64,000 nt of DNA from Solirubrobacteraceae bacterium (GTDB lineage: Bacteria; Actinomycetota; Thermoleophilia; Solirubrobacterales; Solirubrobacteraceae), in the NCBI GenBank assembly GCA_035940195.1, contig DASZFC010000044.1, positions 3,267 through 67,266 on the forward strand, in the 5' to 3' direction. Under the pieces are notes generated by a model that worked only from the letters and a program-made list of their open reading frames with translations, made no database searches and was not told the DNA's origin. This document shows positions 18,970 to 28,141 of the stretch, in pieces (positions within the stretch are counted from its first letter, which is position 1; every line of letters starts with the position of its first letter). The position numbers were made by a program, and so were the translations under genes.

Positions 18970-19499
18970 GCTTGCTACCGCGCCGGCCATTCAGCGTTCT
19001 CACCGCGCTCGGCACCGCGGCCCATCACGCCTTCGAGGTGCGCGCGGGTGTCGGCTTGGTCTTCGAGCCGTTCATCGGCAGGCGCGCCGCCGTTGCGATG
19101 TGGGCCGGAGCCCTGCCGGCCTGGGCGCTCACGGGCTGGACGGCCGGGGGCGAGCCGATGGAGAAGTCGATCGCCTTGCAAAACGGAGCCGGGCTCGCGG
19201 GCGGCATCGTGCACTTCGTCGCCTGGCCATGGGAGATCCGTAACGGCATCCCCTATCTCACCGAAGCGGAGGGCATGACCACCGAGCAGCTCACCCCCTA
19301 CAACAGGGTGCTCCACCTGTGGACGCTCGCGGGCCTTTTGGCCGTTGTGCTCGAGACTCCGCGACACGCGCGCAAGTGGGCGCTCCTCGGCCTGCTGCTC
19401 GGTGAGCCCCTGCGCCGGTCCGCCGCCCACCATTTCCGCTGGGCGCGGGAGCAGGCACAGCTCGACCCCGAGAACTGGAGCCCGGTGCTGCGCTCTTAG
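18966..19499 (+). CDS. Hypothetical membrane protein with several His
   Basis: GTGA overlap with upstream stop. Hydrophobic segments, AAHHAFE, IVHF, AAHHF. Confidence 0.75.
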   Translation: MSLLPRRPFSVLTALGTAAHHAFEVRAGVGLVFEPFIGRRAAVAMWAGALPAWALTGWTAGGEPMEKSIALQNGAGLAGGIVHFVAWPWEIRNGIPYLTEAEGMTTEQLTPYNRVLHLWTLAGLLAVVLETPRHARKWALLGLLLGEPLRRSAAHHFRWAREQAQLDPENWSPVLRS

Positions 19500-19594
19500 G
19501 CCAGGCCCTTCAGCCAGCGGACACCGCCAGACCGGCTGCTGCAATCGCCGCTGCTTACTGGCTGAACGCGTCGCTTTGCGCTAAAAACTCTTCT

Positions 19595-20464
19595 ATGCCC
19601 CGCCCGATTTGGAGCGGCACGATCAGTTTTGGCCTGGTCAGCGTGCCCGTCAAGCTCTACAGCGCGCTCGATCGCAAGACGGTGCGCTTTCATCAGCTCT
19701 CTGCCAAGACAGGCACGCGTATAGCCCAGAAGCGCGTCGATCCGCAGACCGGCGAGGAGGTCCCATACGAGGAAATCGTCAAGGGCTATGAGATCGCCCC
19801 TGACCGCTATGTCGTGATCGAGCCCGGAGAGCTGGATGCGCTGGCCCCGGAGAAGACCAAGACGATCGAGATCGAGGATTTCGTCGAGCTGTCTGAGATA
19901 GACCCGATCCTCTTCGACCATCCCTACTACCTGGCTCCCGGCCCCGGAGGCGCAAAGCCCTACCGGCTGCTGCTGGAGGCGATGACACAGACGGGAAAGG
20001 TCGCGATCGCGCGAGTCGTGATCCGCTCCAAGGAGCAGCTCGTCGCGATCCGTCCGCTGGGCGACGTGCTGATGATGGAGACGATGCTGTTCTCAGACGA
20101 AGTCCGCATTCCCGACCGGCTCGAGGAGCTCTCCGATGTGGCCGAGGTCAAAACGACCGAGCGCGAGCGCGAGATCGCCAAGCAGCTCGTCGACTCGCTC
20201 ACCGGCGGCTTCGAGGCCGGCCGCTACCGCGACAGCTACCGCGAGCAGGTGCTCGGGCTGATCGAGCGCAAGGCCCAGGGCGAGGAGATCACCGCACAGG
20301 CACCTAAAGACAAGCCGCAAACGAGCGCACCCGACCTGATGAGCGCGCTCCAGGCCAGCCTGGACGAGGTGCGCAAGCAAGGCAAAGCCGGCACCGGCAA
20401 AAAGCCGCGCACCTCGGCAAAGCCCAAGACCAGCACCCCCCGCGCCAAGAACACCTCGCGCTAG
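19595..20464 (+). CDS. ku: Ku protein (NHEJ)
   Basis: MPRPIWSGTISFGLVSVPVKLY, IVKGYE, DLMSALQASL plus basic tail. Confidence 0.97.
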   Translation: MPRPIWSGTISFGLVSVPVKLYSALDRKTVRFHQLSAKTGTRIAQKRVDPQTGEEVPYEEIVKGYEIAPDRYVVIEPGELDALAPEKTKTIEIEDFVELSEIDPILFDHPYYLAPGPGGAKPYRLLLEAMTQTGKVAIARVVIRSKEQLVAIRPLGDVLMMETMLFSDEVRIPDRLEELSDVAEVKTTEREREIAKQLVDSLTGGFEAGRYRDSYREQVLGLIERKAQGEEITAQAPKDKPQTSAPDLMSALQASLDEVRKQGKAGTGKKPRTSAKPKTSTPRAKNTSR

Positions 20465-20699
20465 CGCGCCCGGCCGGTGCCATCCCACGATTTTCTCCTC
20501 TGGTGGATTTCCAGGCCGTTTTGGGCGGTAAGGACCGTCGGCATATGAAGGATTTAGCTGTATAGGGCCTGCCGTGTAGTGGGCTGGCGAAACCGCGTGT
20601 GGAGCACGGCAGCGTTTACTCTCCCTCTGGACATTTTGGGGAACTTGCGGCCGCTTGCTCGCATCCTCGCCACGGCAACGGGGAGAAGGGGGGAACGCC

Positions 20700-22463
20700 A
20701 TGGGATTCATCACTCCAGCCGATCCGCCGGTCGACATCGAGGAGTGGAAGCGGCTGCCTCACCTGCAGCGGATCAAGCCGCTCGCCCAGGACTGGGCCCT
20801 CAACGGGCTGGGGACGCCCCACTTCGTCTACCTGCTCTACATCGCCAAGCTCGTCGTCTACACGGGTGGCGGACTGCTGCTGATCTCCGCCACGACGAAG
20901 GGGCTCGGCGGGCTTGGGAACCTCGGCAGCTGGTGGACACAGCCGATCGTCTTCGAGAAGGCAGTCGTCTGGACGATGCTGTGGGAGATCCTCGGCCTGG
21001 GCGCCGGCTCGATGCCACTGACGCTGCGGTTCTCCCCGATGATCGGCGGGATTCTCTACTGGCTGCGCCCTGGCACGATCCGCCTGCCGCCATGGCCTGA
21101 GCGGGTGCCGCTCACGCGCGGGACCACGCGCACGCTGCTCGACGTGGCGCTGTACGCAGGTCTGCTCGCCTCGGCGGTGTACCTGCTCCTCTGGGGCGCC
21201 ATCCCCGCTGCCGGCACTGCCGCCGGTCGCCTGGACCCGACTGCGGTGGGAGTGCTTTTGGCGTTTGGGGTCCTGCTCGGCCTGCGCGACAAGGTGCCGT
21301 TCCTGGCGGCCCGCGCGGAGGTCTACGGAAACCTGATGATCATCTTCCTGTTCCCGCTTTCCAACATGATCGTCGCCGCCCAGATCGTGTTCGTGTGCAT
21401 CTGGTGGGGCGCCGCGTCCTCGAAGCTGAACCGCCACTTCCCGTTCGTCGTGACGGTGATGATCGCCAACACACCGTGGAACCGCTCGCACTCGGCCAAG
21501 CGCAGGCTCTGGCGCAAGCACCCCGACGACCTGCTGCCCTCCGCCACCGGCGCCCTGGCGGCACACATGGGCACCGTGCTCGAGCTCACGCTGCCGCTCT
21601 TGCTGCTCGTCTCGCGGGGCGGGACGCTGCTGACGATCGCCGTAGTGGGCATGGTCATCTTCCACATCCACATCTTCTCGACGTTCCCGCTCGCCGTGCC
21701 GCTGGAGTGGAACCTCTTCATGATCTTCGGGATCCTGTTCCTGTTCGGCCACTACGGCGCGGTGCCGTTCTCCACGCTCGACGAACCGCTGCTGATCGCG
21801 ATCCTGGCACTGACGTGCGTGGGGATCCCGGTGCTCGGCAACTTCCGCCCGGATTTGATCTCGTTCCTGCCCTCGATGCGCTACTACGCGGGCAACTGGG
21901 CGACGAGCCAGTGGCTGTTCTCAAAGGAGACCGCCGCCGAGGAGAAGCTCGACCGCGCGATCGTCAAGGCGGCGCCGGTCGTCGGTAAGCAGCTCGAGAA
22001 ACTCTACGATCCCGACACCGTCGAGCTGCTGCTCTACAGAGGCCTCGCGTTCCGCTCGATGCACGCGCACGGCCGCGCGCTGAACGGCTTGCTCTCACGC
22101 GCGGTGGCCGACATCGAGTCCTACGACGTGCGCGAGGGCGAGGTGGTCGCGGGTGTCGTGCTGGGCTACAACTTCGGCGACGGTCACTTCCACAACGAGC
22201 AGCTGCTCGCAGCGGTGCAAGAGCGCTGCAACTTCGCCGAGGGGGAGCTGCGGGTGATCATGATCGAGTCCCAGCCCGCCCACATCCAGCGCCAGCACTA
22301 CCGCATCTACGACGCCGCCTCGGGGCTGATCGAGGAAGGCTATGTCCGGGTCGCGGACATGGTCACCCGCCAGCCGTGGCTTGACGAGGACGGCGCGTTC
22401 CCGGTCGAGGTCACTGGCGAGCGCAGCTCCTCGCGGCCAGTCGGTACGCCGGTGCCCAGTTGA
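20700..22463 (+). CDS. DUF3556-family polytopic membrane protein
   Basis: MGFITP..W..PIVFEKAVVWT..SSKLNRHFP..AVPLEWN..MRYYAGNW..NFGDGHFHNEQL. Confidence 0.88.
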   Translation: MGFITPADPPVDIEEWKRLPHLQRIKPLAQDWALNGLGTPHFVYLLYIAKLVVYTGGGLLLISATTKGLGGLGNLGSWWTQPIVFEKAVVWTMLWEILGLGAGSMPLTLRFSPMIGGILYWLRPGTIRLPPWPERVPLTRGTTRTLLDVALYAGLLASAVYLLLWGAIPAAGTAAGRLDPTAVGVLLAFGVLLGLRDKVPFLAARAEVYGNLMIIFLFPLSNMIVAAQIVFVCIWWGAASSKLNRHFPFVVTVMIANTPWNRSHSAKRRLWRKHPDDLLPSATGALAAHMGTVLELTLPLLLLVSRGGTLLTIAVVGMVIFHIHIFSTFPLAVPLEWNLFMIFGILFLFGHYGAVPFSTLDEPLLIAILALTCVGIPVLGNFRPDLISFLPSMRYYAGNWATSQWLFSKETAAEEKLDRAIVKAAPVVGKQLEKLYDPDTVELLLYRGLAFRSMHAHGRALNGLLSRAVADIESYDVREGEVVAGVVLGYNFGDGHFHNEQLLAAVQERCNFAEGELRVIMIESQPAHIQRQHYRIYDAASGLIEEGYVRVADMVTRQPWLDEDGAFPVEVTGERSSSRPVGTPVPS

Positions 22464-23878
22464 GCGAGGCGATCATCGTCGGGTCTGGGCCGAATGGTCT
22501 GGTGTGCGCCGCGTGGCTGGCTCGCGGCGGCGTGAAAGTGACGGTCCTGGAGGCGCAGGCAAGGATTGGAGGCGGTGCCCGGACGAGCGAACTGACGCTC
22601 CCTGGACTGCTGCACGACGACTGCTCCGCCGTCCACGCGATGGCAGTCGGAGCGCCATCGCTGAACGAGCTCTCCCTCGAGCGCCACGGGCTGGAGTGGT
22701 GCTGGCCGGAGGTGGACCTGGCGCACCCGCTCGATGGCGGCGCCGGCGCGGTGATGGTGCGTTCGATCGCCGGCACAGCAGCCGGGCTTGGCAGGGACGG
22801 GCGTACGTGGGAGCGCGTCTTCTCCTCGCCGTCGCGGGGGTTCGCCGCGCTGAGCGAGGACATCATGCGCCCGCTCCTGCACGTCCCGCGACACCCGCTG
22901 CGCCTTGCCCGCTTCGGGGTGGCCGCGGCGATGCCGGCGACCCTGATCGCCCGTAAGTTCAGAACCCAGGAGGCCCGTGCGCTGTGGGGCGGCTGTGCCG
23001 CGCACGCGTTCAGCCCCCTGTCCCGTCCGATGAGCTCCTCGGTGGGGATGGCGCTGATCTGCGCGGGACACAGCTACGGCTGGCCGGTCGCGCGGGGTGG
23101 CTCCCAAGCCATCAGCGACGCCCTCGCCGCAGTCATCCGCGAACACGGCGGGAAGATCGAGACCGGGCGGCGAGTGACTTCGCTGTCCGAACTCGGATCC
23201 GCCGATGCGGTGGTGCTCGACCTGGCCCCCGGCGCAGTTGCCGAGGTCGCAGGCGAGCGGCTGCCCGCGCGCGTCGCACGTGCCTACCGGCGCTACAAGC
23301 ACGGCCCTGGCGCTTTCAAGGTCGACCTCGCCGTCGCCGAGGGCGTGCCGTGGTGCAACGAGGCAGCCCGCCGGGCGGGCACCGTGCACGCGAGCGGCTC
23401 CTTCGAGGAGATCGCCGGCGGTGAGCGCGCGATCAACCGCGGTCAGATGCCAGAGCGCCCGTTCGTGCTCGTCTGCCAGCAGTCACTCGCCGACCCGTCG
23501 CGCGCCAAGGACGGCGTCCACCCGGTTTGGGCTTACGCGCACGTTCCACATGACTACACCGGCGACGTGAGCGAGGCCCTGCTGGACCAGATCGAACGCT
23601 TCGCACCCGGCCTGCGCGAGCGGATCCTCGCCAAAGCCGTGTGCTCCCCAAGCGAGCTTGCCAGCTACAACAGCAACTACGCCGGTGGCGACATCATCAA
23701 CGGCGCCAACACGCCCTGGCAGACCGTGATCCGCCCGCGGCTCGCACTCGACCCTTACAGCACCGGTATCCCCGGCGTCTTCATCTGCTCCGCGGCGACC
23801 CCCCCAGGCGCCGGCGCGCACGGGATGAACGGCTACAACGCCGCCCGATCGGTGCTTCGAAGCCTAGGCTCAGCGTGA
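22460..23878 (+). CDS. Phytoene dehydrogenase-like FAD-dependent oxidoreductase
   Basis: IVGSGPNGL, IGGGART, HDDCSAVH, CSAATPPGAGAHGMNG. Confidence 0.92.
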   Translation: MSEAIIVGSGPNGLVCAAWLARGGVKVTVLEAQARIGGGARTSELTLPGLLHDDCSAVHAMAVGAPSLNELSLERHGLEWCWPEVDLAHPLDGGAGAVMVRSIAGTAAGLGRDGRTWERVFSSPSRGFAALSEDIMRPLLHVPRHPLRLARFGVAAAMPATLIARKFRTQEARALWGGCAAHAFSPLSRPMSSSVGMALICAGHSYGWPVARGGSQAISDALAAVIREHGGKIETGRRVTSLSELGSADAVVLDLAPGAVAEVAGERLPARVARAYRRYKHGPGAFKVDLAVAEGVPWCNEAARRAGTVHASGSFEEIAGGERAINRGQMPERPFVLVCQQSLADPSRAKDGVHPVWAYAHVPHDYTGDVSEALLDQIERFAPGLRERILAKAVCSPSELASYNSNYAGGDIINGANTPWQTVIRPRLALDPYSTGIPGVFICSAATPPGAGAHGMNGYNAARSVLRSLGSA

Positions 23879-24630
23879 GCGCGGACGGATCGCTGATCCC
23901 GCGCTTTCGCCGCGCGCGCCGCGACCCAAAGCTCGCCGTGCTCGAAGGGTTCCACGCCCTCAAGCACGCGCTGCGCTTCGATGCTCCGCTACTGGAGGTC
24001 GTCTCCTCAGACACCGCTTTACTGGAGCGGCTTGCTGGCACGCTCGCCCCCGACCTCTCCACGCGCCTGCTCGCGCTCGCCCAGCCCGTCGAGCCCTCGG
24101 TCTTTGCCGAGCTAGCTCCGCTCCCTCCATCCACCGGTGTGATCGCGCTGGCGCAGCGGCGCCCCGGCGATCCATCCTCAATGCTCGCCGACGCGCGGCC
24201 GGAGCCTGTAATCCTGCTCGAGGATCCACGCGACCTCGGCAACATGGGCGCCTGCGTTCGCGTCGCCGCCGCCGCCGGCATCGCCGGCGTGCTCACCACC
24301 GGCAGCCACGATCCCTGGCATCCAGACGCACTCCGCGGCGCTGCCGGGCTGCACTACGCGCTACCCGTCGCGCGTCTGGAGCGGCTCGAGGCGCTGCAGG
24401 GGAGCGAGCGCCCCCTGCTCGCCCTCGACCCCGAGGGCGAGCCGCTGGCACCGGGGGAGCTGCCGCCGGGCGCACTGCTCGCGTTCGGCACCGAGCGCTA
24501 CGGCCTCTCAGACGAGCTCACCGCCCAGGCGGATGCACGGATCAGCATCCCCATGACGCCCGGGGTCTCGAGCCTCAACCTGGCGACCTCCGTTGCCGCG
24601 GTCCTGTTCGCCTGGCGGCTCGTTGACTAG
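23875..24630 (+). CDS. TrmH/SpoU-family RNA methyltransferase
   Basis: LEDPRDLGNMGACVR, FGTERYGLS, IPM..VSSLNLATS. GTG 23875 overlaps upstream stop. Confidence 0.92.
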   Translation: MSADGSLIPRFRRARRDPKLAVLEGFHALKHALRFDAPLLEVVSSDTALLERLAGTLAPDLSTRLLALAQPVEPSVFAELAPLPPSTGVIALAQRRPGDPSSMLADARPEPVILLEDPRDLGNMGACVRVAAAAGIAGVLTTGSHDPWHPDALRGAAGLHYALPVARLERLEALQGSERPLLALDPEGEPLAPGELPPGALLAFGTERYGLSDELTAQADARISIPMTPGVSSLNLATSVAAVLFAWRLVD

Positions 24631-24657
24631 GAATAAAGAGGCCCAGCCCGCCAGCCT

Positions 24658-25302
24658 CTAGTGCGCCGCTTCCACGCCGTTGAGCAGCTGCCAGTTCCCG
24701 CGCAGCGCTGCGCTGGCACGCTGCACCATCCGCTCGGCGTGCGCCTCTGAGTCCTCGCACCCGCTCAGGAGCTCCTCGATCAGCTCCCCAGCCTCGCGCG
24801 CGTGCTCCACATCGCGTAGCTCGTGCACCCTGAAGTACTCGACCGCCGGGCCTTCCTCGCTGTAGCCGTAATGCTCCGTCAACCCCTCAAGCTTTGTCTT
24901 GGAGATCTCCGGCTGTCCCGCCTCGATCGCATACAGCACCGCCAGATGCTCCAGCACGTCCTCCCCGGCCGTCCACGCCTGCACGCACTCCTCGGTCTGC
25001 GCCAGCGCCTGCACGCCAGCGGACGGGCGGGCGCCCGCCGCCTGGGCAAAGTCCTCCCATAGCTCCACGTGCGCCGTCTCCTCTTCGGCGTGAGCGCGCA
25101 AGCCCAGCTCGTGAGCGGGCCCGGCCTTCGCCGCCACCTTCTCCGAGGCGTCTGCCAGCGCCATCACGGCGTGGCGATACTCGCCGGCGTAGAGCCCCAG
25201 CTCGGAGGCGCTCAGCTCGCCCGCGCTCCAACGCTGGTAGAAGGGGTGCTCCAGCACGTTCGTCTGACTTCTGGCCTCGTCGAGCCTGGCAAGGATGTCC
25301 AT
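24658..25302 (-). CDS. Heme-oxygenase-like dimetal enzyme, CADD/PqqC/TenA family
   Basis: LEHPFYQRWSAGEL, EE..H..LW, LYAIE, KxKLEGL..HYG, YFRVHELRDVEH. Confidence 0.85.
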   Translation of the reverse strand: MDILARLDEARSQTNVLEHPFYQRWSAGELSASELGLYAGEYRHAVMALADASEKVAAKAGPAHELGLRAHAEEETAHVELWEDFAQAAGARPSAGVQALAQTEECVQAWTAGEDVLEHLAVLYAIEAGQPEISKTKLEGLTEHYGYSEEGPAVEYFRVHELRDVEHAREAGELIEELLSGCEDSEAHAERMVQRASAALRGNWQLLNGVEAAH

Positions 25303-25329
25303 TTAGCTTCCTTCCTCTTGATAGTCCGT

Positions 25330-26001
25330 CTAGGAGATGGTGAGCGTGCCTTCCATCCCAGCTTGCCGGTGGCCGGGGACGGAACAGTAAAAGGTGTATT
25401 TCCCGGGCTTCAGGTTCAGCGTGAGCGTCTTCGATCCCCCCTTGAACGTCGGGGTCGCCCCCAGGACGGTGCTGCCCTGCGCGACCGTCACGTTGTGTTC
25501 CACCGGAGAGGAATTCGCCATCGTGATCGTTACCTTCCCAGCCTTCGCGCTCAGCTGCTTGGGTTCGTAGCTCAACTGGCCTTCTGGGTTCGCCGCGAGC
25601 TTCAGCGGCGCAACTGCCGCGGGCGATGAAGGTGGCGTAGGAGTCCCAGTCGTGGCTATGGGTGCTTTGCTGCCAGCAGCAGCCGGGGCGGTGGGCGTGC
25701 CTTCGCTCACCGGAGCCTGCGCGGCGGGCCCGGCGCCGCCAGCCGCAGACGCCGCGGCCTTCGGCGTACTCCCGCCCGAGGTGAGCACCGCTGTGCTAAC
25801 TGCTGCCAGCACGAGCACGACGGTCACCGCGATGACGCCGCGCTGAGCCGCCGCGCTGCGGGGAAAGCTGGGTATCCGCATGCCCATACCCAACGAAACG
25901 ACCAGCGCCCATGCCACCAGCGCACCGCCCGCCACGTAGAACGGGACTTTGCTCTTCTCGGCGCCCAAAATAGGCGCCAGATGAAGGACTGCGGCGTGCA
26001 T
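25330..26001 (-). CDS. Membrane-anchored cupredoxin (plastocyanin/azurin family)
   Basis: Two TM helices, Ala/Pro linker, HNV..YCSVPGHRQAGM type-1 Cu site. Confidence 0.88.
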   Translation of the reverse strand: MHAAVLHLAPILGAEKSKVPFYVAGGALVAWALVVSLGMGMRIPSFPRSAAAQRGVIAVTVVLVLAAVSTAVLTSGGSTPKAAASAAGGAGPAAQAPVSEGTPTAPAAAGSKAPIATTGTPTPPSSPAAVAPLKLAANPEGQLSYEPKQLSAKAGKVTITMANSSPVEHNVTVAQGSTVLGATPTFKGGSKTLTLNLKPGKYTFYCSVPGHRQAGMEGTLTIS

Positions 26002-26044
26002 CGAGCGCGAGCCTACCGAACAGGCCGGTAGGACGACGGGACGA

Positions 26045-26962
26045 TCAGTCCCCCGCGGCTTGGGTGATCTGCGGCTGCTTCTGATCGGAGCCCGGCGGCA
26101 ACCCTGGCTCGGAGCGGGCCGCGCGCAGCTCATAGTCGTGGCGCACCGTGGCGTCGGCGTCGGCCAGCACGCGATCGGCTTTCATCGCGTGTCCTATGCC
26201 CTCGACGAGCATTCGTGGGAGCAGCGTGCCGAGTTGATAGGTCCGCTTGGTGGACTTCGGCACCCACACTTCGACGGTCCCGTGCTGGAGGGCCTCTACG
26301 ATCGCGTCGGCCACCTCGGAGGGCTCGAGGTTGCGCTGGCCGCGCGCCTCTCCCAGCCCGCCGCCGAGCTCGGTGTTGACCACATAGGGCATGACGTAGC
26401 TGAGATCGATGTGGGCCCCCATCAGGCGCATCTCACCGCGCACCGCCTCAGTTAGGCCGACCACGGCGTGCTTGGTCGCCGAGTAGGTGGCCCCTCCGGG
26501 CGCCCCGTACTTGCCGGCCTGGGAGGCGATGTTGACGATATGCCCCCGGTCGCGCGGGACCATCCGCGCGAGCGCCAGCTTCATCCCACAGATCACACCA
26601 TGGAGGTTGATGTCGATCATCCGCTGCGTCGTCAGATCGTCCTCGTCGACGAACCGGCCGAGGGGCATGATCCCGGCGTTGTTGACGAGCACATCCAGGG
26701 GGCCGAGCTGCTCCTCGGCGCCGTCCAGGAACGCCGCAAACGACTCCCGGCGGGTCACGTCCAGCGGCAGGGCGACCGTGCTCGGGTGGGTGGGGCCTCC
26801 GATTTCTTTTGCCGTCTGCTGCGCCGTCTGCAGGTCCACGTCGCCGATCGCCACCTTCATCCCCTGGCGCAGGAACGCCTGCGCGGTGGCCCGGCCGATG
26901 CCGCGTGCACCTCCGGTGATCGCAGCGGTCTGACCGGCGAGGATGCGCGGCTGCTTGGCCAT
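26045..26962 (-). CDS. Short-chain dehydrogenase/reductase
   Basis: TGGARGIG, NNAG, YSATK. Confidence 0.94.
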   Translation of the reverse strand: MAKQPRILAGQTAAITGGARGIGRATAQAFLRQGMKVAIGDVDLQTAQQTAKEIGGPTHPSTVALPLDVTRRESFAAFLDGAEEQLGPLDVLVNNAGIMPLGRFVDEDDLTTQRMIDINLHGVICGMKLALARMVPRDRGHIVNIASQAGKYGAPGGATYSATKHAVVGLTEAVRGEMRLMGAHIDLSYVMPYVVNTELGGGLGEARGQRNLEPSEVADAIVEALQHGTVEVWVPKSTKRTYQLGTLLPRMLVEGIGHAMKADRVLADADATVRHDYELRAARSEPGLPPGSDQKQPQITQAAGD

Positions 26963-27178
26963 CAACCCGGGACACTAGCGCGACCATCCGGCCAGCGCAC
27001 CTTCCGCACCGCTCGCGGGTTATATGGACGGGTCGGCTGCTGGACGGTTACCTGCCAACCATCCTCAGAAGGCCACTAGGAGAGGGACAGGGGAGGGCAC
27101 CACCGAGCCCGGGCGATCACGGCAGCGCCCGGGCTCGCGTGTGTGGGACCCTCATCGCGAGGGGTAAAGTAAGAGCCT

Positions 27179-28135
27179 GTGCCGGCCTTTCGCTTCCAGA
27201 ACCAGCGCATCGCCTACACCGAATATGGTGGCGGCCCGGCGGCGATCACCGCTGCGGGGGGGCGCGGACGGACCGCAAAGAGCTCGCCGGCTCAGGGCCG
27301 CCCGGTGATCCTCGTCCACGGCCTGCTGCTCTCCCAGGAAATGCACCGGCCGCTCGCCGAAGACCTCGCGGCGCGCGGCAACCGCGTGATCACTGTCGAC
27401 CTGCTCGGCCACGGCGAATCCGATCGCCCACGCGACATGTGGCGCTACTCGATGAGCATCTTTGGTGAGCAGCTGCTCGGGTTGATGGATCATCTGGAGA
27501 TCGAGCAGGCAGTCGTGATGGGGACCTCATTGGGCGCCAACACCGCGCTCGAGGTCGCCTCGGCGGCGCCCGAGCGCCTGCGCGGGATGGTGATCGAGAT
27601 GCCGGTGCTCGACAACGCGCTGCTGTGGAGTGCGCTCGCCTTCACTCCGCCGCTCGTCGCGCTCACGTTCGGCGAGCCGCTGATGAAGTTGCTCGCGCGC
27701 GGAGCACGGGCCGTGCCGCGGCGGCTGCTTCCCCATTACGGCAACGTCCTGCTCGACCTGATCCGCCAAGAGCCAGGTCCCGGCGGCGCACTGATGCAGG
27801 GACTGTTCTTCGGGCGCATCGCGCCTCATCGCAACGAGCGACACACCTTCCAGATGCCCGCGCTCATCCTCGGGCACCACCGCGATCCCGTCCACCCCTT
27901 CTCCGACGCGGGCATGCTTGCAAAGGAGCTGCCAAACGGACGCCTGCTGGAGGCGAATTCGCTCGTCGAGCTGCGCCTGCAGCCAGAGCGGCTCACAAAC
28001 GAGATCGCCTCATTCCTCGACGAGGTCTGGGGCGCGCCGCGTGCAGTCGCCAAACGCCCTGCCGCGAAACGTGCGGTCAAACGGGCGCCAGCTAAACGTG
28101 CGGCGCGCAAAGGCCCGGCAAAGCGCGCAGGCTGA
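27179..28135 (+). CDS. Alpha/beta hydrolase with basic Ala/Lys/Arg tail
   Basis: HGL, DLLGHG, GTSLG. Tail AKRPAAKRAVKRAPAKRAARKGPAKRAG. Confidence 0.88.
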   Translation: MPAFRFQNQRIAYTEYGGGPAAITAAGGRGRTAKSSPAQGRPVILVHGLLLSQEMHRPLAEDLAARGNRVITVDLLGHGESDRPRDMWRYSMSIFGEQLLGLMDHLEIEQAVVMGTSLGANTALEVASAAPERLRGMVIEMPVLDNALLWSALAFTPPLVALTFGEPLMKLLARGARAVPRRLLPHYGNVLLDLIRQEPGPGGALMQGLFFGRIAPHRNERHTFQMPALILGHHRDPVHPFSDAGMLAKELPNGRLLEANSLVELRLQPERLTNEIASFLDEVWGAPRAVAKRPAAKRAVKRAPAKRAARKGPAKRAG

Positions 28136-28141
28136 CCGGAC

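Noticed and set aside
15772-18990. Long alternative-frame ORFs (15772-17085, 17442-18749, 17908-18990) and similar ones elsewhere
   Set aside because: Arg/Pro/Ala-rich shadow ORFs overlapping well-supported genes, as expected at high GC.
23875-24630. Antibiotic-resistance rRNA methylase (Tsr/AviRb)
   Set aside because: Only generic SPOUT motifs are visible, so specificity cannot be assigned.
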